The notes: generated by a model from the letters alone, not told the origin. A stretch of 64,000 bases of DNA from Candidatus Omnitrophota bacterium (GCA_015231405.1 JADGBR010000002.1:133547-197546); one strand, 5' to 3'; positions 27,893-38,177 are shown, counted from the stretch's first letter. Translations and numbers: made by a program.

Positions 27893-29524
27893 TCACACCC
27901 CCTTGTCAGGTAGTTTTATGATCATCGCGGTCCCCCTGTACGGCCCCTCCGAAAAGGCCTCGATGGTGCCGCCGTATCCGCTGATTATATCTTTACATAT
28001 CGTAAGTCCAAGTCCTATGCCGTCGGTAGAGGCCTCATGTTTATAGAATTTATCGAATATCCTGTCTTTTTCGCCGAGTTCCAGCCCAGAGCCGGTATCG
28101 GCCACCTCTATCTCAAAACGTCCCTTCATGCGCCTGCTTTTCACCATGACGGACCCTTTTTCAGTGAATTTCAGGGCGTTATCGAGTAAATTTTCCATTA
28201 CGATCCTCAGGTCGTTCTCGCCCAGGGGGACATTGTCCGCGTCGACGGGGATTTCGGTCCCGACATTGATCCCTTTTTTCTGCAAAAGATAGGATATATC
28301 GTCCGTAAATTTACTTACGGCGGAATGCAGTGACGCTTTAGGGTCATTGCCTAACCGACCCGTCTTCCGGGGGCCTTCTTTTTTCATGTCGATGACGAAG
28401 AGGCTCAGCATATTGCCTATGTCCCTTCGAACCTTACCGATATTGCGGCTGGCTATGGCCGCGGCCAACTTCACCTGTTCGTCGTCTTTTTTTTCCATCC
28501 CGAACCTGATAAGATTAATGGCGGTTTCGGTCGTAGCTATCGGCGTTTTGACGCTGTGTGAGATATTGCGTATAAGCATATTCTTTGCTTCTTCCATCTC
28601 TTTGAACTCCGTTATATCCCGCGCCGTGGACACCGCCCCTATTACGACACCTTCGGCGTCCTTTAAGACGCGGGTCCACCAGGCGAGAAGCCGTGCTCTC
28701 CCGTCCCGGCGCTTCTGCCAGCTTTCAACGTAAATATGATCATCCATCCCGTCAAAAATCGGCCTGACCGTCTCATAAGTCATTTGTTCGCCCACGAAAT
28801 AGTGGTTAGCCTCTTTACCCAGCACATCTTCCCCGAAAAATTCATAACCGCACCGGTTAGCCCAGGTATAGACCTTTCTCGCGTCGACCTCCATTATGAT
28901 GTCCGGGACCGAAGCCAGTATCGCTTTATTTTTCAAATTCAGGTTATCTATCTCAATTTTTCTCCTCCGGGAGTCGGTCATGTCCCGGAATATCCCCACT
29001 AAGAACGTTCTTTCTCCGAACCTGACCGGAAATCCATTCACATCCACGGGCACGATCTTTTTATTTTTTGTGAGCACTTCCGTCGGAAATGCCGTTATTT
29101 CGATATCTACCATCTTCTTAAAACCTGCTTCCATCGTCTTTCCTGCAGAATATTCAGGGTGAAGCTGATCGGCCCTCATGGACAGCAATTCTCGCCGCGT
29201 ATAGCCTGTAAGGATCTGGGCTTTCTCGTTACAGTCGACCAGTTCCCGCGTAACGGGATCGGCGATAAAGATAGCGTCCCCTGCCTTCTCGAACATAGCC
29301 CTGAATTTCTCATCGCTTTCCCGGCTCTTCTTTTCGGCGATAGCTAGCGCACCTGTAGCGAAAACAACCAGTATGAACGAATAAAACGATCCCGCGAGGA
29401 CAAGAACGGCACCGGGCCAGAAGCTTTTGAGAGCTTGAATGTCAAATATCCAACCAAGAGCGACAACGGCGCCTGACAAGGAAATAAAGATGCCTAAATA
29501 CCTGACCGCTCTCAACCTCTCCAT
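27893..29524 (-). CDS. PAS-containing sensor histidine kinase
   Basis: Two N-terminal TM, two PAS-like modules, H-box ISHSVKTPIA, G-boxes ADTGSGL / GIGLGLTI. Confidence 0.8.
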   Translation of the reverse strand: MERLRAVRYLGIFISLSGAVVALGWIFDIQALKSFWPGAVLVLAGSFYSFILVVFATGALAIAEKKSRESDEKFRAMFEKAGDAIFIADPVTRELVDCNEKAQILTGYTRRELLSMRADQLHPEYSAGKTMEAGFKKMVDIEITAFPTEVLTKNKKIVPVDVNGFPVRFGERTFLVGIFRDMTDSRRRKIEIDNLNLKNKAILASVPDIIMEVDARKVYTWANRCGYEFFGEDVLGKEANHYFVGEQMTYETVRPIFDGMDDHIYVESWQKRRDGRARLLAWWTRVLKDAEGVVIGAVSTARDITEFKEMEEAKNMLIRNISHSVKTPIATTETAINLIRFGMEKKDDEQVKLAAAIASRNIGKVRRDIGNMLSLFVIDMKKEGPRKTGRLGNDPKASLHSAVSKFTDDISYLLQKKGINVGTEIPVDADNVPLGENDLRIVMENLLDNALKFTEKGSVMVKSRRMKGRFEIEVADTGSGLELGEKDRIFDKFYKHEASTDGIGLGLTICKDIISGYGGTIEAFSEGPYRGTAMIIKLPDKGV

Positions 29525-29852
29525 CCGGCACCTTCCAAAACAGCGTGAGAAACTCGAGGATAAACCCTGACACTACCTCTCATATTATAACAGAACCAGA
29601 AGCCATGTTTCCACTTTTAGATTTCACATGGGTACTTTCAGGTTATTGCGATAGGGGTGTGGGCGTGAAGGAGATGGGGTTCTTCGTACGGCACCTTGCC
29701 GTCCCACCACCCAAAACAGCCTTGTGCGTGGACCTTGCAAATATACCAATGACGGCCACATGCCAAGCTAGAAGTTTGCAAAGTGCCGGTAGAAGGTTCC
29801 CATCTCCTTCTCGCCATCGGCACGAGAGTAAGAGCAGGTGCTGTAAGATGCG

Positions 29853-30425
29853 TTATTTGCAGAAGTTTTCAAGTATCCACATGACATTTTTCGGCTTTAT
29901 GTCACCCAGATCGCAGACGTATTTTATAAAGGATATTTTTTTTGCGGATATCTCGAACGAAACATATCCCTTTCTAAACAGCCCCATGAGAGCCTCCCTG
30001 ACACCCCTGGCGGCCAGGTAGCTCATCGTCCGGTCAGGGTCCTTTGAGGCCGCGCACACTTCCGCGTCGAACCGTTCGTCCCCTGTATTCACTTTCTTAA
30101 GCAGGCGCAGTTTAACCTGCGCTCGAATAAGGAAAGATCTCATGCTATAGGCCTTCATTGTAAAGTCCGAAGGTTTTTTTATTACGACCTGGAGACAGGG
30201 GTTCGCGTCGGGCCCTTCGTCGGCTCCCCAGAATGAAGCCGCAAATTCAACGCCTTTATAAGTCCCCTTGAAAGTGACGCCGAAAAAATTCCAGTGGACC
30301 TCGCCCGGAACGTGGTTCGACAACTCAGAGAGTATCTTTAATCTTTTGTCATCGTTCCTAAAAAGACGCTTGAACCAGCCGTCCTTACGCTTCTCCCGAG
30401 AGTTTTCCCGAATGTTCCCATCCAT
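29853..30425 (-). CDS. Hypothetical protein (190 aa)
   Basis: Coding-like ORF, no recognisable motif. Confidence 0.4.
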   Translation of the reverse strand: MDGNIRENSREKRKDGWFKRLFRNDDKRLKILSELSNHVPGEVHWNFFGVTFKGTYKGVEFAASFWGADEGPDANPCLQVVIKKPSDFTMKAYSMRSFLIRAQVKLRLLKKVNTGDERFDAEVCAASKDPDRTMSYLAARGVREALMGLFRKGYVSFEISAKKISFIKYVCDLGDIKPKNVMWILENFCK

Positions 30426-30493
30426 GATATTTATCTGTCCCCGGTCATTCCAGACTAAGCCGCAAATTCATCTTATTTACGCGGCCCCTCTCA

Positions 30494-31075
30494 CTAAAGA
30501 CGCGAGCAGCATGATCCGCTCGCGGAGGTTTTATTATATGCGTTCTTATTGTACGGCAGTTTCATGAGGAGCAACCCCATACAGCAGCTGTCGGTCACTC
30601 CGGCGTGAATTAACCCAAAGGCGACGCAGAGAGGAAGTACAACATATAGGGGGCCCACGGCCCAAGAGAGAAAAATACCAAGTAGGATAAGGATCCCGGC
30701 TATCACCCTTACCTGCCTCTCGAGCGATATGAACTGTTTCCCTTTCACTACCGGAAGCTTATCTTTCTCCCAGCGTTCAACGCCGCCGTCTAGGACTTTC
30801 AGGTCCCGTATCCCGCTCGAAACGAGTTTCTCATAAGCCAGGGACGCGCGGTGCCCTGACCGGCAAACTATGATATACTTCTTTCCCGCCGCGGCAAGCT
30901 CGCCCGCTCTTCCGGCTAACGCGTCGATCGGGATATTTACCGCCCCGTCGATATGTTTTTCGTCGTACTCCATCGGTGTTCGGACATCCAGTAGTAGCGT
31001 GTTTTTATCATTCGACACGGAATCGAACGCTTCCTTCGGAGATACGGCCATTACGATATTATCCATTATTGTCAC
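30494..31075 (-). CDS. Rhodanese-domain protein with C-terminal DUF2892-type membrane segment (YgaP-like)
   Basis: Rhodanese active-site loop CRSGHRAS; C-terminal hydrophobic hairpin and Cys-rich tail. Confidence 0.7.
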   Translation of the reverse strand: MTIMDNIVMAVSPKEAFDSVSNDKNTLLLDVRTPMEYDEKHIDGAVNIPIDALAGRAGELAAAGKKYIIVCRSGHRASLAYEKLVSSGIRDLKVLDGGVERWEKDKLPVVKGKQFISLERQVRVIAGILILLGIFLSWAVGPLYVVLPLCVAFGLIHAGVTDSCCMGLLLMKLPYNKNAYNKTSASGSCCSRL

Positions 31076-31100
31076 CCCTTATTTTACTGTACCGGTAAAG

Positions 31101-31871
31101 TTAAATTATAATTCGCCATAGTATGATGGCGAGAAGGATCCGGTAAATGCCGAATATGGTAAAGCTGTTGTTCTTTATAAAGGTAAGGAGAAATTTCACC
31201 GAGAGCATGGCGGAAGCGAACGATATTACAAGCCCGATCGCGAGGTATTTGTATTCCTCACCGGTAAAAGAAAATGCAGTCTTCGCCAGGTCCAGCGCCG
31301 TCGCCGAGGCCATAGTGGGTATGGCTAGAAGAAAAGAGAATTCGAGTATCGTCTTCCGCTTCAGCCCAAGCATGAGACCGCCTATGATGGTAGCGGCTGA
31401 TCTGGATACGCCGGGGACCACTGCAAGCGACTGGATAACTCCGATAAGAAAGGCCTGTTTATAAGATATTCCGGACATCTCTTCGATATCACATTCTTTT
31501 TCACGGTGCAGCGACTCAAAGACAATGATGAAAATACCGCCCAGAAAAAGCGCCCAAAGAACCACAAAGCTGTTGCCCATAAGGAAGTGTTTAATAGAGC
31601 TGTAAAGAACGAACCCTATCACCCCGGTAGGGATAAAAGCCACCACTATCCTTTTTATGGTCTCGATATCGGTCAAAAGACGCCTCCAGTAAAGTACCGC
31701 TACGGCAAGTATCGCGCCAAGCTGGATGGATATCTCGAAGCTTTTCAAAAATTCTGTCTGAGCGAGGCCAAAAAGCCTCGATGTCAGTATCATGTGCCCC
31801 GTAGAAGATACAGGAAGAAATTCCGTTATCCCTTCCACGATCGAAAGTATAAATACGTCAATTAAATTCAT
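31101..31871 (-). CDS. uppP: Undecaprenyl-diphosphate phosphatase
   Basis: N-terminus DVFILSIVEGITEFLPVSSTGHMIL and PGVSRSAATIIGGL motifs of BacA/UppP. Confidence 0.85.
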   Translation of the reverse strand: MNLIDVFILSIVEGITEFLPVSSTGHMILTSRLFGLAQTEFLKSFEISIQLGAILAVAVLYWRRLLTDIETIKRIVVAFIPTGVIGFVLYSSIKHFLMGNSFVVLWALFLGGIFIIVFESLHREKECDIEEMSGISYKQAFLIGVIQSLAVVPGVSRSAATIIGGLMLGLKRKTILEFSFLLAIPTMASATALDLAKTAFSFTGEEYKYLAIGLVISFASAMLSVKFLLTFIKNNSFTIFGIYRILLAIILWRIII

Positions 31872-31880
31872 AAGTCAGGA

Positions 31881-32768
31881 TCACTTTCTTTTCCACCTAT
31901 CAAAGTCCTGGCTCCAGGGCTCGATATGTATAGTAACGTCCGTCACGCCTTTAAGCTTCTCCTTTATCTCTTTCTCCACGGTTTCCGAGAGGTCATGCGC
32001 GGCCTGTATGTTCATGTCCTTACTGACCAGGACATGCATGTCTATGTATATATCGTCGGACCTCCCCCTTGTCCTGATGCGGTGACAATCCTTGACGCCT
32101 TCTATCCGGAGGACCAGCTCGTTGATCTTATCGGAAATGATGGCCTCACGGTCGCAAAGGATAGCCGAGGATTCCCGGAGTATCATGAAGGCGCTATAAC
32201 CTATGAAAAGGGCTATCACTATGGTAACGAGTGCGTCCACGAAGGTGAACCCGGCACGCACGGCGACAAGCGATACTATGACCGAAAGAGAGACGAGAAT
32301 ATCGCTTCTTGTATGAAGCGCGTCCGCGGCAAGAACATCGCTGTTGAGACGCCTCGCCTGAGCCAGTTCGTATATGACGACCCATACGTTCACGCCAAGG
32401 GTCAATATCATCACGATAAAACTAGAAATAGTTATATGCGGAGCGACCGGGTGGATGATCCGCCCCGAGGCTTCGCGAAGAAGCTGCGAAGCGACGACGA
32501 AAAGAGTTATCGCTATCACGATGGATGTGAATGTTTCGTATTTTTTGTGGCCGTACGGATGGTCCTTATCCACGGGGTGTGAAGCCACCCATATGCCTAC
32601 GAGCCCTACTATGTTGGAAATGCCGTCCGAAAAGGAATGAAAACCATCGGCCATTATGGCGCCGGATCCGCTCGCAACCCCGAAGATGACCTTCATAATG
32701 GATACGCCCCAGTTGAGGGCCAGGACAATGATAAGGACATTTCGTATACTGCCGTAACGCTGTTCCAT
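31881..32768 (-). CDS. Cation diffusion facilitator (CDF) family metal efflux transporter
   Basis: Six TM with HSFSD and HxxxD (DALHTRSD) metal-binding motifs, plus cytoplasmic C-terminal domain. Confidence 0.85.
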   Translation of the reverse strand: MEQRYGSIRNVLIIVLALNWGVSIMKVIFGVASGSGAIMADGFHSFSDGISNIVGLVGIWVASHPVDKDHPYGHKKYETFTSIVIAITLFVVASQLLREASGRIIHPVAPHITISSFIVMILTLGVNVWVVIYELAQARRLNSDVLAADALHTRSDILVSLSVIVSLVAVRAGFTFVDALVTIVIALFIGYSAFMILRESSAILCDREAIISDKINELVLRIEGVKDCHRIRTRGRSDDIYIDMHVLVSKDMNIQAAHDLSETVEKEIKEKLKGVTDVTIHIEPWSQDFDRWKRK

Positions 32769-32782
32769 ATAAAAGGGGCCTT

Positions 32783-33205
32783 TTACCGGGATCTCTTCTC
32801 GTTGACGGCAGCTATATGGAGATCGGAGATACCGCCTTTCACAAGGATATCCAGAACACCCACTACGTTCTCGAATTTGACGGTCTTATCGGAATACAGG
32901 AATGCCTGTATGTCTTCGGAATACTCCCGTATCTCTTTAATTTTCTTTTCCAGGTCATCCACTGAAATAAGACTGTTATTGAGATAGACCAAACCGTCGG
33001 CAGCGACCGTAATATTCACCATCACCGGGACGGCCCGGCTCGTGGGCTCGACGTTCTTCGCATGCGGAAGCTTCACCTTGACGTTAAGCTGGTAAATGAT
33101 CGGGGTCGTCAGCATGAATATGATAAGGAGCACCAGCACGACGTCCGTGAAAGGCGTTATGTTTATGTCGGTCACAACGCGCTGCCGTTTGGGTTTTCTT
33201 AGCAT
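32783..33205 (-). CDS. exbD: ExbD/TolR biopolymer transport protein
   Basis: Single N-terminal TM with INITPFTDVVLVLLIIFM motif. The start is set at Met 33205 so that ATG overlaps the ExbB stop. Confidence 0.7.
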   Translation of the reverse strand: MLRKPKRQRVVTDINITPFTDVVLVLLIIFMLTTPIIYQLNVKVKLPHAKNVEPTSRAVPVMVNITVAADGLVYLNNSLISVDDLEKKIKEIREYSEDIQAFLYSDKTVKFENVVGVLDILVKGGISDLHIAAVNEKRSR

Positions 33206-33207
33206 GT

Positions 33208-33822
33208 TTATTTCTTCACGATATCCATCATCTCGGACACGCAAAGCTCCATTTCCATGGTTAACTTGTCTATCTTCTTAATAAAAAAGTTATACGCCAC
33301 TACCGCAGGGACCGCTACAAGAAGGCCCGCAGCAGTGCAGACCAGTGCCTCGGATATGCCGCCGATGATGACGTTCAGTTCGCCTGAGCCGGAGAGCGAT
33401 ATGTTCCGGAAAGCCTTGATTATGCCAAGGACCGTGCCGAAAAGACCGATGTAAACGGAGTTGCTCCCGATGGTCCCGACTATGTTCGTGTACCGCTCCA
33501 GCCTGTTGTTCTCTATGATGATCTCCCTTTCCATGGCGTTCTCGACTATGACATCGCTCGCGCCCAGAAGGTTTAGACCCGCCTTGACAACGTTCGCCGA
33601 GTGGTTATTCTTTTCCTCGCAAAGCTTTATGGCCCGTTTTATGTTCCCTTCCTCGATCTCATCCTTTATCTCTCGCATAAATTTTTCCCTATTGACGCGG
33701 GATAGCCTCATGTAAAGGAAGACCCTGTCGATCATTATCGCTATCGATATGATCGAGCATCCGATAAGTATATACATGGTGAACCCGCCGGACACGATAA
33801 GCTGGAACAAAGACATGTTCAT
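33208..33822 (-). CDS. exbB: MotA/TolQ/ExbB proton-channel protein
   Basis: Three TM with conserved C-terminal TM pair (GLFGTVLGIIKAF...ALVCTAAGLLVAVPAVVAYN). Confidence 0.8.
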   Translation of the reverse strand: MNMSLFQLIVSGGFTMYILIGCSIISIAIMIDRVFLYMRLSRVNREKFMREIKDEIEEGNIKRAIKLCEEKNNHSANVVKAGLNLLGASDVIVENAMEREIIIENNRLERYTNIVGTIGSNSVYIGLFGTVLGIIKAFRNISLSGSGELNVIIGGISEALVCTAAGLLVAVPAVVAYNFFIKKIDKLTMEMELCVSEMMDIVKK

Positions 33823-33878
33823 ATTCGTTCTCCTCCTTAAATATACCGCTGGTCGCGGGATACCTTTACTCGATAAGC

Positions 33879-35069
33879 TCAGAGCTTTTCGATGAACTTT
33901 TCTATCCTGGACAGCCCTTCGGTTATGTTCTCCATCGAAGTTGCGTAAGACAGCCTGATATATCCGTCGTCCCCGAACACCCCGCCAGGCACTACCGCGA
34001 CATGAGCTTTATTCAAAAGTACTTCGGTGAGCGCCATCGACCCGGAAATCGGCGTGTTCTCGACCTTTTTCCCGATAAGACCGTTTATATCCACCCAGGC
34101 GTAAAAAGCTCCTCCGGGTACCAGCGCCGAAAGGCCCTTGATCGAATTGACCTTCCCGATCATGTAGTCCCTTCGTTTCTTGAACTCTTTCACCATGATC
34201 TCCAGGTCCGTCTGGTCGCCCTTCAAAGCCTCAACGCTCGCCACCTGAGATATGGACGTCGGGTTGGATGTCGAATGGTCCTGAAGGTTCGACATAGCCT
34301 GTATTATAGCTTTCGGACCCGCGGCGTACCCTATCCGCCAACCCGTCATAGAGTAAGCTTTCGACACACCGTTAACGGTTATCGTGAGGTCTTTTATTTC
34401 CTTGCCGAAAGAGGCCATGCTCACGTGGCGCCTTCCGTCGTAGATTATTTTCTCATAGATCTCATCCGATACGCAGTATATCTTCTTACGTACTATAATT
34501 TCGCTCAACTTTTTAAGTTCCTGTTCCGAATACACCGTCCCCGTGGGATTTGAGGGGGAGTTAATAATGACCAGTTTAGTCCTGGGCGTCACGGCTTTTT
34601 CGAGCTCCGCCGCGTCCAGCTTGAATTCGCTCGCTCTACCGGTCTTCAAAATGACAGGCTTCGCTCCCGAGAGTTTTATCATTTCCGTATAACTGACCCA
34701 GAAAGGCGACTGCAGTATGACCTCGTCCCCGTCGTCGCAAAGCGCGAGCATAGCGTTAAAAAGCGAATGTTTCGCGCCGCAAGAGACCAAAACCTCTTCG
34801 GGAGAATAGTCCAGGCCGTTGTCTTCCTTGAACTTATGACAAACCGCGTCCTTGATCTCTTTGGTGCCGGAAGTCGGTGTGTATTTGGTGAAACCCTTAT
34901 CTATGGCTTTTTTCGCGTATTCTTTGATATTTACGGGAGTATCGAAATCCGGTTCCCCGGCGCCGAACCCGATAACATTTATCCCCTCGGCCTGCATCTT
35001 CTTAGCCTTGGCGGTAATAGCCAACGTCGGCGACGGGCTTATGAGAGCCGCCCTTTTAGAAATTACCAT
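33879..35069 (-). CDS. Class I/II PLP-dependent aminotransferase (aspartate aminotransferase-like)
   Basis: Fold-type I pattern with SKAYSMTGWRIGY (Schiff-base lysine region) and SPSNPTG; 396 aa. Confidence 0.85.
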   Translation of the reverse strand: MVISKRAALISPSPTLAITAKAKKMQAEGINVIGFGAGEPDFDTPVNIKEYAKKAIDKGFTKYTPTSGTKEIKDAVCHKFKEDNGLDYSPEEVLVSCGAKHSLFNAMLALCDDGDEVILQSPFWVSYTEMIKLSGAKPVILKTGRASEFKLDAAELEKAVTPRTKLVIINSPSNPTGTVYSEQELKKLSEIIVRKKIYCVSDEIYEKIIYDGRRHVSMASFGKEIKDLTITVNGVSKAYSMTGWRIGYAAGPKAIIQAMSNLQDHSTSNPTSISQVASVEALKGDQTDLEIMVKEFKKRRDYMIGKVNSIKGLSALVPGGAFYAWVDINGLIGKKVENTPISGSMALTEVLLNKAHVAVVPGGVFGDDGYIRLSYATSMENITEGLSRIEKFIEKL

Positions 35070-35096
35070 ACCCCTCTCCCTTGTGTTTTTCGTACT

Positions 35097-35124
35097 ATGT
35101 TATCGAACTGGAAATTATTGTCAA
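35097..35124 (-). promoter_or_regulatory. Candidate sigma70-type promoter for the aminotransferase gene
   Basis: On the minus strand TTGACA (35124..35119), a 16-nt spacer, then TAACAT (35102..35097), about 28 nt upstream of the start with GGGAGAGGGG RBS; adjacent to a GGGGCGGG...CCCGCCCC 8-bp GC hairpin. Confidence 0.3.
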
Positions 35125-35165
35125 CTATTTTTTCAGGGGCGGGTGGACCCCGCCCCTACGAATAT

Positions 35166-36533
35166 TTACGGCTTCGGCAAATCCTTTATAGCCTCGAGCG
35201 ACTTATCCATCTCATCTTTCGAAAGGTGATATTCCATCAGCTCGCCGTCGAGGAACTTACCGTAGCCAACCAGGTCCATAAGGCCGTGCCCGCTGTAATT
35301 AAAAAGTATGACCTTCTCTTTGCCTTCTTCTTTTGCTTTCTTTGCTTCCTCCACCGCGCAGGCTATCGCATGGCTTGTTTCGGGGGCGCAAATGGCCCCT
35401 TCCGTCCTCGCCCAGAGGAGTGCGGCCTCGTAACATTTTATCTGGTCGTAAGCGCGCGGTTCGAGAAGCCCTTCTTTTATAGCGTGGCTGACGAGAGGCG
35501 CCATCCCGTGATACCTGAGCCCGCCAGCGTGTATCGGCTGGGGTACGAACCCATGCCCCAGAGTATGCATCGCCAGAAGCGGCGTCATGCACGCCGTATC
35601 GCCGTGGTCATAGGCGAAAGGCCCTTTAGTCATCGTCGGGCACGCCGTAGGCTCGGTAGGTATTATCGTTATTTTAGCGCCGTTGATCTTATCGCATACG
35701 AAGGGGAAAGAGAGCCCCGCGAAATTGCTTCCGCCGCCGGCGCATCCGATGACCACATCCGGAAGTTTTTCTTTCACCGACTCGAGCTGTTTTTTCGCCT
35801 CGAGCCCGATTATCGTCTGGTGCAGCATGACGTGGTTCAGAACGCTCCCGAGGGAATACCTCGTCTTCCCGGACTTATCGCTCACGGCGTCCTCTATGGC
35901 CTCGCTTATAGCGATACCGAGACTTCCGGGAGTGTTGGGCGTTTCCTTTAACACCTTTCGTCCGAAATTGGTATCCGGGCTGGGTGAGGCGACGCATTTT
36001 CCGCCCCACACGCGCATCATTGTCTGGCGCATCGGTTTCTGGTCGAAGCTTATACGCACCATGTATATCTTGCAATCAAGTCCGATGATACTGCACGCGA
36101 AGGAAAGAGCGCTGCCCCACTGCCCCGCGCCCGTCTCGGTAGTAAGGCGTTTGATCCCGAACTGTTTATTGTACCAGGCCTGCGGTACGGCCGTATTCGG
36201 TTTATGGCTTCCGGCAGGGCTGACGCTTTCGTCCTTGTAATAGATACGGGCCGGGGTTTTCAGGTATTTCTCGAGATATACGGCTCGTCTTAAAGGCGCC
36301 GGCCTCCACCTGTAAAGGATCTCGATTATCTCTTCGGGTATGTTTATCCACCGTTCCGTAGAGACTTCCTGCTCGATGATGTTCATGGGGAAAACCGGCG
36401 CCAACATATCCGGCGATATCGGTTTCCCGTCGGGTCCGAGTGGGGGAAGCGGGGGATTTTTAAAATCAGCCGCCAGATTGTACCACTTCCTCGGAATATC
36501 CTTCTCTTCCAAATATATTTTCCTGTCAGACAT
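35166..36533 (-). CDS. trpB2: TrpB2-type tryptophan synthase beta-subunit-like PLP enzyme
   Basis: 455 aa, longer than TrpB1; conserved lysine region and GGGSN motif ([11 protein letters not shown]) of the TrpB family. Confidence 0.8.
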   Translation of the reverse strand: MSDRKIYLEEKDIPRKWYNLAADFKNPPLPPLGPDGKPISPDMLAPVFPMNIIEQEVSTERWINIPEEIIEILYRWRPAPLRRAVYLEKYLKTPARIYYKDESVSPAGSHKPNTAVPQAWYNKQFGIKRLTTETGAGQWGSALSFACSIIGLDCKIYMVRISFDQKPMRQTMMRVWGGKCVASPSPDTNFGRKVLKETPNTPGSLGIAISEAIEDAVSDKSGKTRYSLGSVLNHVMLHQTIIGLEAKKQLESVKEKLPDVVIGCAGGGSNFAGLSFPFVCDKINGAKITIIPTEPTACPTMTKGPFAYDHGDTACMTPLLAMHTLGHGFVPQPIHAGGLRYHGMAPLVSHAIKEGLLEPRAYDQIKCYEAALLWARTEGAICAPETSHAIACAVEEAKKAKEEGKEKVILFNYSGHGLMDLVGYGKFLDGELMEYHLSKDEMDKSLEAIKDLPKP

Positions 36534-36567
36534 GTTTCTCCTTTGTTTATAGCTGAGTTATCACCCG

Positions 36568-36660
36568 CGTGGTTTGTGGCTCGTGATTCGTAGTTCGTAT
36601 TTTAACGGAGGTTGACCCACAACCCCGAATCCCGAACCCCAATTAGCACCCCAACTACGA
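36568..36660. repeat. GGTTCGTGATTCG-type imperfect hairpin, copy 1
   Basis: GTGGTTTGTGGCTCGTGATTCGTAGTTCG ... CCACAACCCCGAATCCCGAACC; family also at 38178..38252 and 46226..46310. Confidence 0.6.
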
Positions 36661-37554
36661 TCACCGCCCCCGCTTCCGACGATACATATCCGCGTCCGCC
36701 TTCTCGAAAAGCTTATCCGGAGAGCTGATCTCAGAGCTGTACGCGGCTATGCCTGCGCTGACTTTAATGGCGAGCTCGATACCTCGGGTTTTCAAGAACA
36801 CTCTTTTCCCATTGATCTCATTCTCGATCCTCCTAAGCGTCTCCCCTCCTTCTTTCTCGCCGACATTCGGAAGGATCAACGCGAACTCGTCTCCTCCGTA
36901 CCTTATGACCGTATCCGATTCCCTGAGGACCCACTTGAGCCTGGACGCCACTTCCTTTATGATGAGATCCCCAACAGCGTGGCCGTAGCTATCATTTATG
37001 CCCTTGAGTCCATCAATATCCACTATCGCCAGCGAGAACACGCTCCCGTACCTTTTGGAAAGTTTGAATATATGGTCGTATTCCCTCTTGAAAAAGTGGA
37101 CGTTGTAGAGCCCCGTAAGACCGTCCGTCATGGAAAGCTTTTCGTAAAATTCTTTTCGTTTGAAAATGGCTTCGACCCTGGCCAGGAGCTCGTCGCTGTT
37201 AAACGGCTTAACTATGTAATCGTCTATGCCGGCCTTGAATCCTTTCATTTTGAGGGATATCTCGTCGTAACCGGTAAGGAAGATGACCGGGATATTCGCC
37301 GAGGACATATCCTGGTTGAGCTTTTTCTTGACCTCCAACCCCCCGATGCCGGGCATTACCAGGTCAAGGAGGATAAGGTCCAGCGGCGTGTCTTTCACCC
37401 TGTCCAGGGCTTCTTCGCCGCTCGAGGCCTTGACGACGTTATACCCCGCACCGGTGAGCCTTATTCCCAACATCATGAGCTCGTCCTCTTCGTCGTCCGC
37501 GATAAGTATGCTTCTTCTATCCACCTGAGATAAGTTATCGGTCATTGCAAACAC
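36661..37554 (-). CDS. Response regulator with GGDEF diguanylate cyclase output (PleD-like)
   Basis: REC domain (ILIADDEEDE...DLILLDLVMPGIGG) followed by RYGGDEFALIL active-site motif. Confidence 0.85.
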   Translation of the reverse strand: MFAMTDNLSQVDRRSILIADDEEDELMMLGIRLTGAGYNVVKASSGEEALDRVKDTPLDLILLDLVMPGIGGLEVKKKLNQDMSSANIPVIFLTGYDEISLKMKGFKAGIDDYIVKPFNSDELLARVEAIFKRKEFYEKLSMTDGLTGLYNVHFFKREYDHIFKLSKRYGSVFSLAIVDIDGLKGINDSYGHAVGDLIIKEVASRLKWVLRESDTVIRYGGDEFALILPNVGEKEGGETLRRIENEINGKRVFLKTRGIELAIKVSAGIAAYSSEISSPDKLFEKADADMYRRKRGR

Positions 37555-37564
37555 CCCCGGTTAA

Positions 37565-38134
37565 CTATCCTTCCACGATCCTGGTCCCGATATCTGCGGC
37601 TCTTCTCAAAAAAACATCCCCTACCCTGGACACATCACCTTTATCTCTCAATCCCGGGACAAAAAGCTCCTCAAAAAGGACCGCCCCGATGGTCGTGAAG
37701 AAATTCCGCATGACACGGCCGGAATCCTTGAAACATTGCTCCCTGCCGGCGTCCGAAACCGCTATGAACACTCCCTTCTTAGGTGTAACTTCCATTCGAG
37801 AGCCTGTTAAGAACCTTTGGCGCCACAGGCACTGGAACCTGTCAACCATCATCTTGGTCTGGGCGCTAACGCTCCCAAAAAAAACAGGGGAAGCTACTAC
37901 CACGACGCCAGAACCCATGACTTTTTCATATACCAGGCTCATCCCGTCGTCTATTAGACAATACCCTTCATCCTGAGGCTTCTCGCATTCCTGGCAAGGC
38001 TCAAAGACAAGCTCGTTAAGGACCAGTTTTTCAATTTTGGCTCCCCCGGCTTTGGCCCCTTTAAGTGCCTCGTCAAGCAAAGTCTCCGAGTTCCCGCCTC
38101 TTCTTGGGCTGCCGCTTATTCCTATTACGTTCAT
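37565..38134 (-). CDS. NADPH-dependent FMN reductase-like / iron-sulfur flavoprotein
   Basis: MNVIGISGSPRRGGNS flavodoxin-like N-terminus; compact Cys cluster EPCQECEK...GYC as in Isf-type proteins. Confidence 0.65.
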   Translation of the reverse strand: MNVIGISGSPRRGGNSETLLDEALKGAKAGGAKIEKLVLNELVFEPCQECEKPQDEGYCLIDDGMSLVYEKVMGSGVVVVASPVFFGSVSAQTKMMVDRFQCLWRQRFLTGSRMEVTPKKGVFIAVSDAGREQCFKDSGRVMRNFFTTIGAVLFEELFVPGLRDKGDVSRVGDVFLRRAADIGTRIVEG

Positions 38135-38177
38135 GACGTATTATACAATGAAAATGGGTATAGGGGGGATTATTTTG

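Noticed and set aside
29525-29852. Possible NiCo or cobalamin riboswitch upstream of the PAS kinase/ECF operon
   Set aside because: Only an isolated GGGAC-like fragment is visible and I cannot trace the conserved helices by eye. A covariance-model scan is needed.
35128-35160. GGGGCGGG/CCCGCCCC hairpin as a Rho-independent terminator
   Set aside because: On the transcribed (minus) strand the stem is followed by an A-run, not a U-run. The T-run precedes the stem only on the non-coding plus strand.
34767-35951. Long plus-strand ORFs (34767..35951 394 aa; also 39899..41041, 46907..47797, 17108..17953, 19349..20050, 7080..7685)
   Set aside because: Each is antisense to a minus-strand gene with clear protein motifs and has no motif of its own. 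They are read-through artefacts of codon composition, not shadow genes.
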